A stretch of DNA of 64,000 nt from an uncultured Phycisphaerales bacterium. Its GTDB lineage: Bacteria; Planctomycetota; Phycisphaerae; Tepidisphaerales; Tepidisphaeraceae. Location of the stretch: positions 1,888,001-1,952,000 of the forward strand of contig CAVWVQ010000003.1 of the NCBI GenBank assembly GCA_963758525.1. The letters are read 5' to 3'. This document shows positions 51,112-61,032 of this stretch, piece by piece (positions within the stretch are counted from its first letter, which is position 1; each line of letters begins with the position of its first letter). Below the pieces are notes generated by a model, which was not told where the DNA came from, did not search any database, and saw only the letters and a program-made list of their open reading frames with translations. Made by a program: the position numbers and the translations under genes.

Positions 51112-51573
51112 TCAATGGAGGATGGCGGACGCGGATACGGTGCCGTCTGGCTTGAACGTGACGCTGTACTTGGTGGTGGCGCCGTCCTGCTTGTAACGGG
51201 TGATGGTGCTGGTGCCGTCGCCGTTATTCACGACGTTCGCCCTGCCGGCGACAAACGCACTGAGAAGGGTTTCCAGCAGCGATCGGTACGTCACGCCGTC
51301 GAAGGTGCTGGCGGTGCTGAGCGTCGCATCGGCGCTCCCGTCCCACAGGAGCATGCCAGCGCCGTACTGGGCGCTGCTGGCAGTATCCCGGAAGCTCACG
51401 GCATACGAACCCGCGGCCAGGCCGCTGATCGTTGCCGCATTGCTGTAGATCCCGGCAGGCGCTTCGGTGAGCGGGACGGTAGCGATCAGCGACCCGCCGG
51501 CAAAAAGCAGGGCGCTGACCGTCAGTCCGGTCTGACTGACCGGGTCGAGGGGAAGCGTAAGTTCGTAAGCCAT
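51112..51573 (-). CDS. Putative virion structural protein
   Basis: 153 aa, starting 1 nt after the fibre gene stop. Confidence 0.65.
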   Translation of the reverse strand: MAYELTLPLDPVSQTGLTVSALLFAGGSLIATVPLTEAPAGIYSNAATISGLAAGSYAVSFRDTASSAQYGAGMLLWDGSADATLSTASTFDGVTYRSLLETLLSAFVAGRANVVNNGDGTSTITRYKQDGATTKYSVTFKPDGTVSASAILH

Positions 51574-51574
51574 G

Positions 51575-53743
51575 TTATCTGAGCCTCGTCGCGTGGAGTG
51601 AACCGTATGCGCTGAGCGTCGAGACGCTGAATCCGGCTTTGGCGACCAGATAGACGGTGGTCAGCACTGCCAGATGCAGCCGACGGCTGGGGATCGGCAT
51701 CGCGGCGTCGACGGTGGTTCCGATGGCGATCGGAATTGAGGCAAACGTATCCTGAGCCCCAATGGTCGCGCTGGCGGTGGAGATGCCATGATCCAGATAT
51801 GCGGTGGTCGTCGTGGTGTCGGGATGATAGTCGACAACGCCGTCAACGAGCCAATCGCCGGCCGTCAGTGAGATGCTGGTGACGTTGGCAGCAGCTCCGC
51901 TGGTCAGCGGGACGGCCGCGCCTGATGCGACCGTCGATGCGATCTCCTCGCCGACGATACCGGCGGGCGCGGTCGAGCTGTTGGAAACTCCCTGAATTGA
52001 GATTGCCAACGGCGTCGGCGCCGCCCTGGCATTTCCAGCATTGATGTTTGCCAGCAAGCCCGCGCCGTTCCAAAGCCCGGCGACATTCAAGTGACCGCCG
52101 CCAGTGACGCTGGTCAGCGTCGGAACGTTGCCTTCATTGGTCATCGTCGTGACAAACGCGCTGGTATCGGCAGTGGGAATCAGCGTATCGCTGGCTCCGT
52201 GCCAGAGCGCGATTGCCAAATTGTTCAGCGCGTCGGGCCGCAGGTTTGGGTCGGCGATGGCGACCTGCCCCGAACTTGTGGCCGCCACGGAGACAACATC
52301 ATTCTTGTTGTAAGCTGTCCCGCTGCTGTACGTCCCTCGATTGGTGTACGTCGCGTACGGTTTGGGAAGAATTCCGCCGGGCGGCGTGATCTGCTGCCAG
52401 AAGGTGGTGTTGGTTACCGCGTTGGCGGAGTTGCTTCCCGAGAGACTCAGGTAATAGGTGAGAAACGCGCCGTTGACGGTGCTGGCGAAATTGGTTCCGC
52501 CGTTGGCGCCGGTATAGGCGGCCAACAGATTGACGACTCCCGAGATGCCCGAGAAGCTGCGAACGGGGAGCGACGCATGATTCATCGCGAAGTTCAGCAT
52601 GGTGAGCGCACCCATGCTTTGACCGATCAGATGCAGATTCTTTACGCTGCTCGGCGCCGTCGCCGGCCCCGGGAGCAAGGTCAGGAACGTATCAAGAAAT
52701 TGCTTCCAGACGCCAACCCCGATGGCCGCGCCCCAGGGCGACGCATAGTTGCTCGAATAGCTGGCGGGGTCGCCGCGCACAAACGCCATCGCAACGCCAC
52801 TGTTGCGCAGGTACGCAAAGGCCGTCCCCGAATCGGGATCCAGTAGGCGGAACCCGGTATTTTCGCTCGACGCGTTGGGATGCCCGACCAGGGCGAGATC
52901 GAATTGGGACGCTCCCGTGTAGCTCTCGGGGATGAAAACTTGTCCGGTGTTATCAATCGCCCCATCCGGCCTGGTGACGCTCACCGGGCAGATGCACGGC
53001 GGCTGGAATCGTGGATCGGCTCCTCCGCCGAGCCCGCCCTGGTTGAACAGAATGCCCTTGATGACATTGGCGGAGCTGGATTGCAGAATCTGAATCTGGC
53101 CCGTGTTCTGGTACGGCGGCGCGTGACCGCCGCTGGTGTAGCTCAACGCATATGTGTTGAACGTCTCAGCCGCCGCGTGCGAGGAAAAGTTCGCGTTGTT
53201 TTCAATCCCGCCATGGCCGAGCGGGATGGAACCGACGGAGACTTGATTCCCATCGCTGGCCGCGAAGAAATCGTAGGTCTGGCCATTCACGCATCCGTCG
53301 ATGGTGCCGATCTGCTGTCCCCCGCCGACACCGACATAGATCTGCCCGCCGGCGAATCCCACGTTGAACGATCCGTAACTGGTGTCATTGGGATTCTGAA
53401 AGCAGACGAGCGTGTTGTGCGATGCGTCACCGTTGTAGACCATCCGCACGTTCATCCGCCACGGCTTGGTCGCGTCATTGATCTTGGGCAGAAGAATAAT
53501 TCCCGACGCCTGCGTGCCATTCACGGACGACACCAGGCCGCCGCCACTCGCAATGGAAAATGCCGCGCCGCTTAGACTGAACATGGAGGCGGCGGTCTGA
53601 AACAGCGGCTCGTAAAAGCCGACCGCTCGGCTGACGGCGCTGACTCCTCCGACATTGCGGAGCGCGGCTTGCGCCGAGGGCAGATCGGCCAGATTTGCTG
53701 CCTTGGAAAGCGCGAGCGCGGAGGTTGATGGAGTTCCGGTCAT
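51575..53743 (-). CDS. Tail-fibre/spike-like protein with alpha/beta-hydrolase domain
   Basis: N-terminal KAANLADLPSAQAALRNVG fibre-type repeat, GQSMG nucleophile elbow, HGASD, GGGH, and C-terminal AG.VGE...TSISLTAGDW domain. Confidence 0.75.
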   Translation of the reverse strand: MTGTPSTSALALSKAANLADLPSAQAALRNVGGVSAVSRAVGFYEPLFQTAASMFSLSGAAFSIASGGGLVSSVNGTQASGIILLPKINDATKPWRMNVRMVYNGDASHNTLVCFQNPNDTSYGSFNVGFAGGQIYVGVGGGQQIGTIDGCVNGQTYDFFAASDGNQVSVGSIPLGHGGIENNANFSSHAAAETFNTYALSYTSGGHAPPYQNTGQIQILQSSSANVIKGILFNQGGLGGGADPRFQPPCICPVSVTRPDGAIDNTGQVFIPESYTGASQFDLALVGHPNASSENTGFRLLDPDSGTAFAYLRNSGVAMAFVRGDPASYSSNYASPWGAAIGVGVWKQFLDTFLTLLPGPATAPSSVKNLHLIGQSMGALTMLNFAMNHASLPVRSFSGISGVVNLLAAYTGANGGTNFASTVNGAFLTYYLSLSGSNSANAVTNTTFWQQITPPGGILPKPYATYTNRGTYSSGTAYNKNDVVSVAATSSGQVAIADPNLRPDALNNLAIALWHGASDTLIPTADTSAFVTTMTNEGNVPTLTSVTGGGHLNVAGLWNGAGLLANINAGNARAAPTPLAISIQGVSNSSTAPAGIVGEEIASTVASGAAVPLTSGAAANVTSISLTAGDWLVDGVVDYHPDTTTTTAYLDHGISTASATIGAQDTFASIPIAIGTTVDAAMPIPSRRLHLAVLTTVYLVAKAGFSVSTLSAYGSLHATRLR

Positions 53744-53943
53744 GATGTGATGTCTTGTCTTGTGAGCTGGAGCCCGTGTAACAGTCGCGCGCTGAGTCTG
53801 AGGGACTTCGAGGGCCCGGAGCGACCGTCCGAAAATCCGAGCCTTCGGAGTACCTCGGACTCGGCGTGGTGGGGCAATTCCTGAGGTTTTGAAACCGCCT
53901 CGAATGCGGAAGGAAGCCGCCGCAGAGAGAGGAAAACGCCGGC

Positions 53944-55226
53944 TTACTGCGCCTTGACTGATCCGTCGCTGAAAACCTGCTGCTGCCAGACAACCTTGCC
54001 ATCCATGCTCAGGGTGCTGGTGTGCGTTACCGTCGGGGCGGGCGCCAGGGCCGCGGGACTCGTCGTTGGAGGATCGACCGCTGCCGATCCCGGATCCGGA
54101 ACGGCGGGCGGGACCAGTGAACTGGGATTTGTTGCCGGCGTTCCCAGAATGGACGCCGGCTTGGCGGGCCATGCCGGCGCGGCGGGATCATTGAGGTTGT
54201 AGAGACGATCCAGGGTGGAATTAGGATCCACAATCGGCCATGGGACGCTGTCCTTTCCGAACAGCGCCCCCCGACGACGACGTTGCCGCTGGTGGTCGGG
54301 CCGGGCTGCGCGGCGCCGTTGAGGACAAACGCGCTCCAGTTCCAGACGTAGTTGTTGCTGATGGTGATATTCGCGTCCCCCATGATTTCGATGGCCGATT
54401 TCGCCCACAGATCGCGCGCCTGATTTGGCCCGTTCTGAATAATCGCGTTGCCGCTGATCGTGATGTTCGCCCCCTGACCCGCCCAGGGCGGCCCGTTTGC
54501 GCTGCTTCCGGTCGCGCAGCTGATTCCCATGTGCGAGTCGGTGTTATTGGTTACGTGCGGCAGCCAGTCGCTGATCCAGTTGTTATTGATGGTCAGATGC
54601 GTCATCCCTTTTTGCAGTTCGATGCCGATGCGCGTCGCATGCACGATGACGTTGCTGCTGATGTCGGTCCAATCACATGCCGCCGACAGATGGATCGGCT
54701 CGAACACGTTGTCAAAGGTGTTGCGGTCGTACGAGTTGTTGTTGCCGGGATATCCGTAGATTCCCTCGGCATCGAGACCGGAGAAGGAATTGTTGTCAAA
54801 GTGAGAGCCTCGCACCCCCGCGATGAACAATCCGCGATGTCCATCTCGAAAGGTATTGTCGTGGATGTTGTAAACGCCGTTCTCGCAGTGCACCTGGGCG
54901 CAGGTGCAGACGAAGCCGCTGAATTCTGTCACGGCCTTGGAGCCGGTCAGCGAGATCAGTTCCTGATTGTCGTTTGGCGCCACTCCGCCCGAGAGCGCGA
55001 GCACCGCGCCATTGCCGATGTAATGCCGCCCGGTCGGCCAGGTCGCTGCCGCGCCACCGGGATTGGTCGTCAGCATATAGTTGCCGGGCGCGAATGTGAT
55101 CGGACCAAATCCGGGTGTCGCACGCACCACTGCCGCAACATCATCTCCGGGGTGCACGTTATAATTGTCGGCCAGCGCAACGCTCGTCACGCTCAAAGTC
55201 ATCGCCAGGGATGTTAGAAACTTCAT
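53944..55226 (-). CDS. Secreted right-handed parallel beta-helix protein (frameshift ~54265)
   Basis: Signal peptide MKFLTSLAMTLSVTSVALA, Asn-ladder repeats (IHDNTF, FDNNSF, YDRNTF, ISSNVI, ISGNAI) and a Pro-rich tail. Confidence 0.78.
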
Positions 55227-55281
55227 CTTCGGCTTCTCCGGTAAAGCACGGTTCGCATTTTGAATCATTGGCGCGTTGCGT

Positions 55282-55620
55282 TCAATCGACGCGCTGCTGG
55301 AGCATCACTTTCATCGCCTTGAGATCGCCGGCGACGTTTTCGAGCACCACGCGGATTGATTCGGTCGTCAGGCGGGTCTGATCGAGCAGTTGCTCCTGAT
55401 TATCGAGGCGAACTTTCTCCTGCGCAACCAGCAGATTGGTCTGGTTGGCCTCGGATTCGACCGCGGACACCCGCACCTTGAGCGCTTCCAGCTCGATATC
55501 TGAAATATCCGCCCGCGCCTTGAGCACGCAGAAGGCCGCCGATGCCGTCGCCGCGAGCACGGTGATGTGCACCGCCAGCTCGGGGGTGACCCATCCAAAC
55601 AATCGCTGTGAAGCTGACAC
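55282..55620 (-). CDS. Single-TM coiled-coil protein (holin-like candidate)
   Basis: 112 aa, N-terminal hydrophobic helix + coiled coil, GGAGG RBS. Confidence 0.6.
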   Translation of the reverse strand: MSASQRLFGWVTPELAVHITVLAATASAAFCVLKARADISDIELEALKVRVSAVESEANQTNLLVAQEKVRLDNQEQLLDQTRLTTESIRVVLENVAGDLKAMKVMLQQRVD

Positions 55621-55647
55621 CGCAAGTCCTCCGGGAAGAAAACCAAT

Positions 55648-56202
55648 TCACATTGCCCGCACCGCCGCGACTCGCGCCTTTACGTCAGCGTCGAGCACAC
55701 CAGCAATTGCCCCATTTTGCGCGGGTGTCGGTTCCGGGACGGCTGCATCCAGCGCGCTCACAACCTGCTTCAAGGCCAACTGTGTCTTCGCGTGCTGTTC
55801 GAGTGCGCTGCTCGCCTGAACGTGCTTGACCGTTGCCCACACCAGTCCGATCGCCGCCAGTGCCAGCGAGCCGTACGGCACCGCGCTGACCGCGGCAGAA
55901 ACCGCGGGATCGATCTGGCCGCTCTGAGCCGACTGAATCGCGCCATCGACAACGGGCAGATACTGCTCTCCCCGGGCAATCGCCGAATCCAACTCAGCCA
56001 GCTTCGGCTCAAGCGTTTTGCGAACCGGATCAGAAACCGGGAGCGCGTCGATCTGACTCCGCAGCACAGCTTCCGAGTCCTTCGCGCTGGCAACCGCGGC
56101 GACCGTTTCCGTTCGCGCCGCCGTCAGTTTCGCAAGATCGCCGGAGGTGCATCCAGCGAGCAGCAAGCCGATCGCCATCGTTCGCATTTTCAGTCGCAGC
56201 AT
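55648..56202 (-). CDS. Lipoprotein with coiled coil and internal TM (spanin-like candidate)
   Basis: Lipobox LLAGC, helical region, then VPYGSLALAAIGLVWATV hydrophobic helix. Confidence 0.65.
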   Translation of the reverse strand: MLRLKMRTMAIGLLLAGCTSGDLAKLTAARTETVAAVASAKDSEAVLRSQIDALPVSDPVRKTLEPKLAELDSAIARGEQYLPVVDGAIQSAQSGQIDPAVSAAVSAVPYGSLALAAIGLVWATVKHVQASSALEQHAKTQLALKQVVSALDAAVPEPTPAQNGAIAGVLDADVKARVAAVRAM

Positions 56203-56235
56203 CTGTAATTTCCCTTCTATACGCACGGCCCCGAT

Positions 56236-56478
56236 TCAGGCATGGAACACCGACGAGAGTGACATGGCGTGAACGCGCCGGACTGGAAGACGCCGTGCCA
56301 ACGTTCCAGGCGGCGCGGATGCGTGCTCCGTCAGCGCCGCGCGGCGCAGCAATCTGCTGACCGCCGCCGTCTTTACACCCAGACGCCGGCCGATCCGCGC
56401 CAGCGTCCACCCTCGCTCATGGCGAAGCCGCCAGGCAAGATCGCGCCGTCCGAATCGGCTTAGCGTCATCGGTTCCAT
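56236..56478 (-). CDS. Small HTH DNA-binding protein (sigma70 region-4-like)
   Basis: RHERGWTLARIGRRLGVKTAAVSRLLRRA. Confidence 0.7.
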   Translation of the reverse strand: MEPMTLSRFGRRDLAWRLRHERGWTLARIGRRLGVKTAAVSRLLRRAALTEHASAPPGTLARRLPVRRVHAMSLSSVFHA

Positions 56479-56635
56479 GCTTCGCTCATTGGTCGTTTCG
56501 GTGTGACTCCCCAATGTATAGCGCGAATGTTTACATCAGGATCAATATCCCCTCGCGCCACCGCAACTTAGCTGGACGCAGGCGCCCTGACTTATAGCAA
56601 CCGGGCGCGGAGATGAAGAGGTTTACTGTGGGGAA

Positions 56636-56775
56636 GGAGTCAGGAGTCAGGAGTCGGTAGCCAGGAGTGAGAAGCCAGAAGCCAGGAGTCAAGCCAAAAG
56701 GACCAGGAATGCCACCACTCGGTACCTCGCATTTCTCGTTCCCCTTCTGACTCCTGACTCCTGGCTTCCGGCTTC
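56636..56775. repeat. Inverted heptamer array (GGAGTCA/GAAGCCA)
   Basis: (GGAGTCA)n...(TGACTCC)n. Confidence 0.8.
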
Positions 56776-56881
56776 TTCCTCCACAGTAACACTCGCAGCA
56801 CCCCGATCGCCTTTCCTACCGTGCCCCGCTCGAGCGTCGTCCCAAGGCGGCGCACGTTATCCAATCTCTTCGGGAGGATTC

Positions 56882-57424
56882 ATGAGCGGTCATCGGACAA
56901 TCATCGGGAATTCCAAGTCGTCACGAGCGGGCCTGAGCAAACTGGCCGAAGCGCGACTGCGGCGTGTGTTGCGGCGGACCGCGCCCAGCGAGCCGTGGGT
57001 CGATGCACAGTTCACCACTGTCGTCGACCACGATGGACGCGACGCACAAATCCGGCGCATCCACGACACGCGCGTCTTCCCCCCCGGCGGCACGAAGACG
57101 GCCATGAGGCGGTGTCCCGAGTGCGGTGTCATCACGCCACCGACGGCATTTGAGGCAGGCAAATGCCTCGATCATGCCGAGCATGGGAATTGGGGGCGGT
57201 CTCCATCCGCCATGGCAATCGCAGCGCTGCAGCATATGAATCTGCGTCTGGCCGACTCGCCCCTTCCCAGCGAATCGGTGACGGCGCTGCGCGCGGAGAT
57301 CGCGCGGTTTCAGACGCTCCGCAACCCGGTTCGATCAAAGGCTAAACGTCGGCGCAATAAAAAACCGGCGGCTGGAAAGGGCGGGGGGAAAACCTCTCCG
57401 GGGACTGCCGCCGCTGTTCATTGA
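56882..57424 (+). CDS. Hypothetical basic protein with CxxC...CxxH motif
   Basis: GGAGG RBS, RCPECG...KCLDH. Divergent from the phage-like cluster. Confidence 0.7.
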   Translation: MSGHRTIIGNSKSSRAGLSKLAEARLRRVLRRTAPSEPWVDAQFTTVVDHDGRDAQIRRIHDTRVFPPGGTKTAMRRCPECGVITPPTAFEAGKCLDHAEHGNWGRSPSAMAIAALQHMNLRLADSPLPSESVTALRAEIARFQTLRNPVRSKAKRRRNKKPAAGKGGGKTSPGTAAAVH

Positions 57425-57502
57425 AACGGTACGCACGGAAAACACGGATAACAAACTTCGGCGCGCGGCCGTCGCGTGCGTGACGCTTTCAACGGGGCGC
57501 GG

Positions 57503-57817
57503 TCAACCATTACCGCGGAACTGGACGGCCATCTCGTATCGGCCGTTGCTCACGGGGCGTGAGCGAATCACTTCGCAAAAATGGGTGATTGGCTTGCCGA
57601 AGCCGGTCAGGGTGATCCGGCAGTTCTGTCCGACCGCCAGCGAATCGCGGAGCAGGAACGAGACGCCGCTGAACGACTGATCGCGCGTGAGGATGTCGTC
57701 GTAGACGTCTCCGGAGTTCTGCCCGTCCAGCACGGTGAGGGAGGCCTTGCTCTGTAACGGCTTTCGATTATCCCGGCGCCGGTCCGGCAACGCAGTGACC
57801 GATGCGACGCGCCGCAC
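57503..57817 (-). CDS. PilZ-like domain protein (start uncertain)
   Basis: DRRRDNR (RxxxR) and DQSFSG (DxSxxG). Confidence 0.7.
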   Translation of the reverse strand: MRRVASVTALPDRRRDNRKPLQSKASLTVLDGQNSGDVYDDILTRDQSFSGVSFLLRDSLAVGQNCRITLTGFGKPITHFCEVIRSRPVSNGRYEMAVQFRGNG

Positions 57818-58105
57818 CGTTCCTGCGCGGTGCCCGCTGCGGGTCGTCCGAACGACTCATATGCATCCTTTTCTCATTTGCTCTGTGGCACGGCAGCGCC
57901 GAAACACGCAGCCGCGGCCCCTGTACCATTCTGATTGGGGTTGCCGTCAGCGGCAACGCCTGGAAATGAAACGCCCGATTTGCCGCGACGGTGTCGCGAC
58001 CCGCAGCCCATTGTCAACATCACTAAAGCGTCCACCGCAGCGCGATTATTGTTGTCACGACTCGCCTCGATTGCAACTGCGGAAATGACTGATTTTTCTG
58101 TAGAC

Positions 58106-60127
58106 TCAGTTGGCGATCACCGCCCCAATTTGCGGAACGGGCACGACGCTCGACGCTGGGGCGGCGCTGGACGCGGGCTTCTGCTGCCGCTGCTTTTCCA
58201 GTTCTTTGAGGATGTTGTCGATTGATCGCTGGGCCTCTTCGGGCTGGTTGACCCGCAGCTCCACCAGCGATCCCGCCACCACCGGGCCCATGCTCGTCAG
58301 CAGCGCGGCAGCCCGATCGCGCCGCTTCCAGTCAGGATCGCTCAAATCCTTGATCGCTGCCCGAATCCGGTCCAACATCTCCGCTGAAGGGGCCGGCTGC
58401 GGTTGAACGTAATTCTGCAGGAGCGCCACTGGAATCGACATCTTCACGCCGCACTGCAACTGACACTCCAGCGATTCCGATTCCACTTGCCCGCTGAGCG
58501 TGGCCCCGTCCCACATCACCACCTGCACGTCCCGGCTTCCATCCGTCAGGTGATCCATCGATTTCACTTCGGCTCCGTTCACCGAAATGGTGTCGAACGC
58601 CGTATCGAGCTTTAACGTGCCCAGGAGTTTCCCAACCAGCACATCGTCGTTGGCCAGGCGGAACATCGCAGTCATGTCATCGGTCTCCGCGACTTTGCCC
58701 GCGAGCTGAATCCGACTGATCTGGCCGACGGGAAACTGCACCGTCTGATTCTTGCCCATCGCAAGCTGGGCCGGGAATACGTCCGATCCGAGCAGCCCCG
58801 CGAACCGGCTGCCGTCGATCAATTGCATCTCATGAACCGGGCTGTCTTCATTCTGCAGGATGATGCCGCCGACTTGCTCGGGCTTGAGCTCCAGTTTGCC
58901 GTATCGGGTCAATACTTCCACCGATGAGGACGGGAGTTGGATTGCGACGCGTTCTCCTTCGCGGGTCATGACCAGCGCCTTGCCGTCAAAGTTCCACTCT
59001 GCCGGCTCGGTCGTCTGCCGGCGATACCCCATGCGTGTAATCTGCGAAAGCGGGATCGAGGTCAACTGCCCGCTGGAGAGCTGGAGGTCGATCGTGCTTT
59101 TCCGAAGCTGCCCGCCCAGAATCTGACCGTCGGTGGTGATGACCAGTTGGCGCGGACGATAGCGTCCAATATTGATCAGGCCAACGACTCGTTCGACGGG
59201 GACCGAGAGCGGCCCGTACTCCGTCTGCAGATCGTAGAAGCTTTCTTTCAGCGTCCCCTTGAATTGATCTCCGGTGCGCAGCTCAACAATATCGAGCAGA
59301 TCACCGCGGAGAATTTCCACGTCGCCGACGAAATTCTCACCCCCGATGAAGTTGACGATGAGCCGGCGAAGCTGCGGCGGAATGCTCCGCATCAGTACGG
59401 CGTCCTTCATCGCGTTGACGTATGCCACGCCAGCGTCCTGCGAGGCAGCGATCGCGTGAAGGTGCATCAGCGCGACCTGCTTTCCCGGCGCGAGCGTGAG
59501 CGGCATCGAAGCTTGTGCGTAGTTGTTTCCCTGCGGCCAGGTGATCGCTGGAACGGTCTTCGCGTTATGCCCGCCGTAGATTTCGACCACCGACGCCCCG
59601 GCCCCGGTCTGCGCGATCCAGGCAATATTGTGATCCTTCTTCTTGACGTCGGCGACCATCTGCGAAGTGTTCACCCCGTAATTGAGATTCGTCTGAATCA
59701 TCAGGTTGACGGTTAGTTCCTGCGTCAAGGTGTTCTTGAAAATGTCGATGTAACGCACCGATCCTTCGGTCTGGTTGAACAGGATTCGCCGGGTGATCGA
59801 CAGGCCGTTGGCGCCCAGGCCGTCGATGATCAACTCCCCCGTCTTGGGATCAATTCGCCCCTCGTTATTGCTCTGCGCGATCTGATTCCCGTTGATCGAC
59901 AGCATTGCCCCCTGGCTGTACAGCGGAGTGTTCCCCTGCTGCTGGAGCCAGCCTCCCTGAAACACCCGCCACTGGTTGCCGCCGCTCTCGCTCAAGAGAT
60001 ATGGAAGGCTCACGGTTCCGCCGGCCGCGGGTGCGACCGCAACGGGCTGCGCCATCAACTGTCCACTCGAGGCGGCCGCCCATGCGCCGATCAATATGAT
60101 TGCCGTCGTCAATTGCATCCGCTTCAT
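58106..60127 (-). CDS. Secreted hypothetical protein with repeated small beta domains and C-terminal HEAT-like repeat
   Basis: AAGGAG RBS, signal peptide, repeats of L..GD...G.L, and IKDLSDPDWKRRDRAAALL. Confidence 0.75.
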   Translation of the reverse strand: MKRMQLTTAIILIGAWAAASSGQLMAQPVAVAPAAGGTVSLPYLLSESGGNQWRVFQGGWLQQQGNTPLYSQGAMLSINGNQIAQSNNEGRIDPKTGELIIDGLGANGLSITRRILFNQTEGSVRYIDIFKNTLTQELTVNLMIQTNLNYGVNTSQMVADVKKKDHNIAWIAQTGAGASVVEIYGGHNAKTVPAITWPQGNNYAQASMPLTLAPGKQVALMHLHAIAASQDAGVAYVNAMKDAVLMRSIPPQLRRLIVNFIGGENFVGDVEILRGDLLDIVELRTGDQFKGTLKESFYDLQTEYGPLSVPVERVVGLINIGRYRPRQLVITTDGQILGGQLRKSTIDLQLSSGQLTSIPLSQITRMGYRRQTTEPAEWNFDGKALVMTREGERVAIQLPSSSVEVLTRYGKLELKPEQVGGIILQNEDSPVHEMQLIDGSRFAGLLGSDVFPAQLAMGKNQTVQFPVGQISRIQLAGKVAETDDMTAMFRLANDDVLVGKLLGTLKLDTAFDTISVNGAEVKSMDHLTDGSRDVQVVMWDGATLSGQVESESLECQLQCGVKMSIPVALLQNYVQPQPAPSAEMLDRIRAAIKDLSDPDWKRRDRAAALLTSMGPVVAGSLVELRVNQPEEAQRSIDNILKELEKQRQQKPASSAAPASSVVPVPQIGAVIAN

Positions 60128-60191
60128 CTCATGCTCCTTGTCCGCGCCGGCCGACACTGGCCAGTTGAGGACATGCAATCCTTCCGCCCGC

Positions 60192-60893
60192 TCAAAGCAT
60201 CGTCTTCTGGAGATAAATCACTTCGCCGCTGGCGTAGCGAAGATCGCCTCGCACGCATTGGCCGATCACGCGGGCGACATCTTCCGGTTGCAGCGCCTTC
60301 TCGCAGGGATACTGCTCCGCGGAGAAGAGGGAGCGAAGCATACTGGTCTCGACCGCGCCCGGGGCAATCGTATGCACTCGAATTCCGGCCTCTGCCCCTT
60401 CGCGGGCCGCGGACAACCCGAACAGATTGATTCCCGCTTTGGCGGCGCCATAAGCCGAGAAGCCCGGAAACGGATCGCGCGCCGCGGCGGAGGAAACGTT
60501 GACAATTACGCCGCGCCGCTGCGCTTCAAACTGCTTCCAGACCGCACGGCACAAATAAAACGCCGCCGACAGATTTGTGTCGATCACCGCGTGCCATTCG
60601 TCGTCGGTCATTCCCGATATCGATCTTGCGGGAGCAAGGCCGGCACAATGCACGATCGCGTCGATGCGCCCGAACTTCACCATCGTCCGAGCGACAATGC
60701 TTTCAGCCGCTGCCGGCTTCGCCACATCCGCCTGCACAACGAATCCCGTGCCCGCCAGCACCGCCGTCTCTTCAAGCTGATTCACTGTTCGCGAAACCAG
60801 CGCCAACTGATACCCGTGCGTCGCGAGTTCGACAGCCGTGGCTCTTCCGATTCCGCGTCCCGCTCCCGTGATAATCGCCACCGGGCCGCCCAT
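60192..60893 (-). CDS. SDR-family oxidoreductase
   Basis: TGAGRGIG, NVSS, YGAAK, IAPG.VET. Confidence 0.92.
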   Translation of the reverse strand: MGGPVAIITGAGRGIGRATAVELATHGYQLALVSRTVNQLEETAVLAGTGFVVQADVAKPAAAESIVARTMVKFGRIDAIVHCAGLAPARSISGMTDDEWHAVIDTNLSAAFYLCRAVWKQFEAQRRGVIVNVSSAAARDPFPGFSAYGAAKAGINLFGLSAAREGAEAGIRVHTIAPGAVETSMLRSLFSAEQYPCEKALQPEDVARVIGQCVRGDLRYASGEVIYLQKTML

Positions 60894-61032
60894 GCACTGC
60901 CTTTCGTTGCGCTCATGGTAACCGCCCGCTGTTTTCCGCACTACTGTGCCTTGGTGCCTCCGTGCCTTTCCTCTCCAAAACCCCCGTGCCGGGGTGTAAC
61001 TTTTAATTGTGGCAATTGCGGACATCGCGAGG

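Larger units (their letters stand above)
33612..56478 (-). mobile_element. Phage-derived packaging/head/neck gene cluster lacking integrase, replication and tail-tube genes (GTA-like or domesticated prophage)
   Basis: About 24 co-oriented ORFs including terminase, portal, prohead protease, HK97-type capsid and neck genes. No att/tRNA or integrase seen. Confidence 0.85.

Noticed and set aside
33612..56478. Complete inducible prophage
   Set aside because: No integrase, att repeats, repressor, replication, tail tube or tape-measure genes were recognised, and junctions are filled with host repeats.
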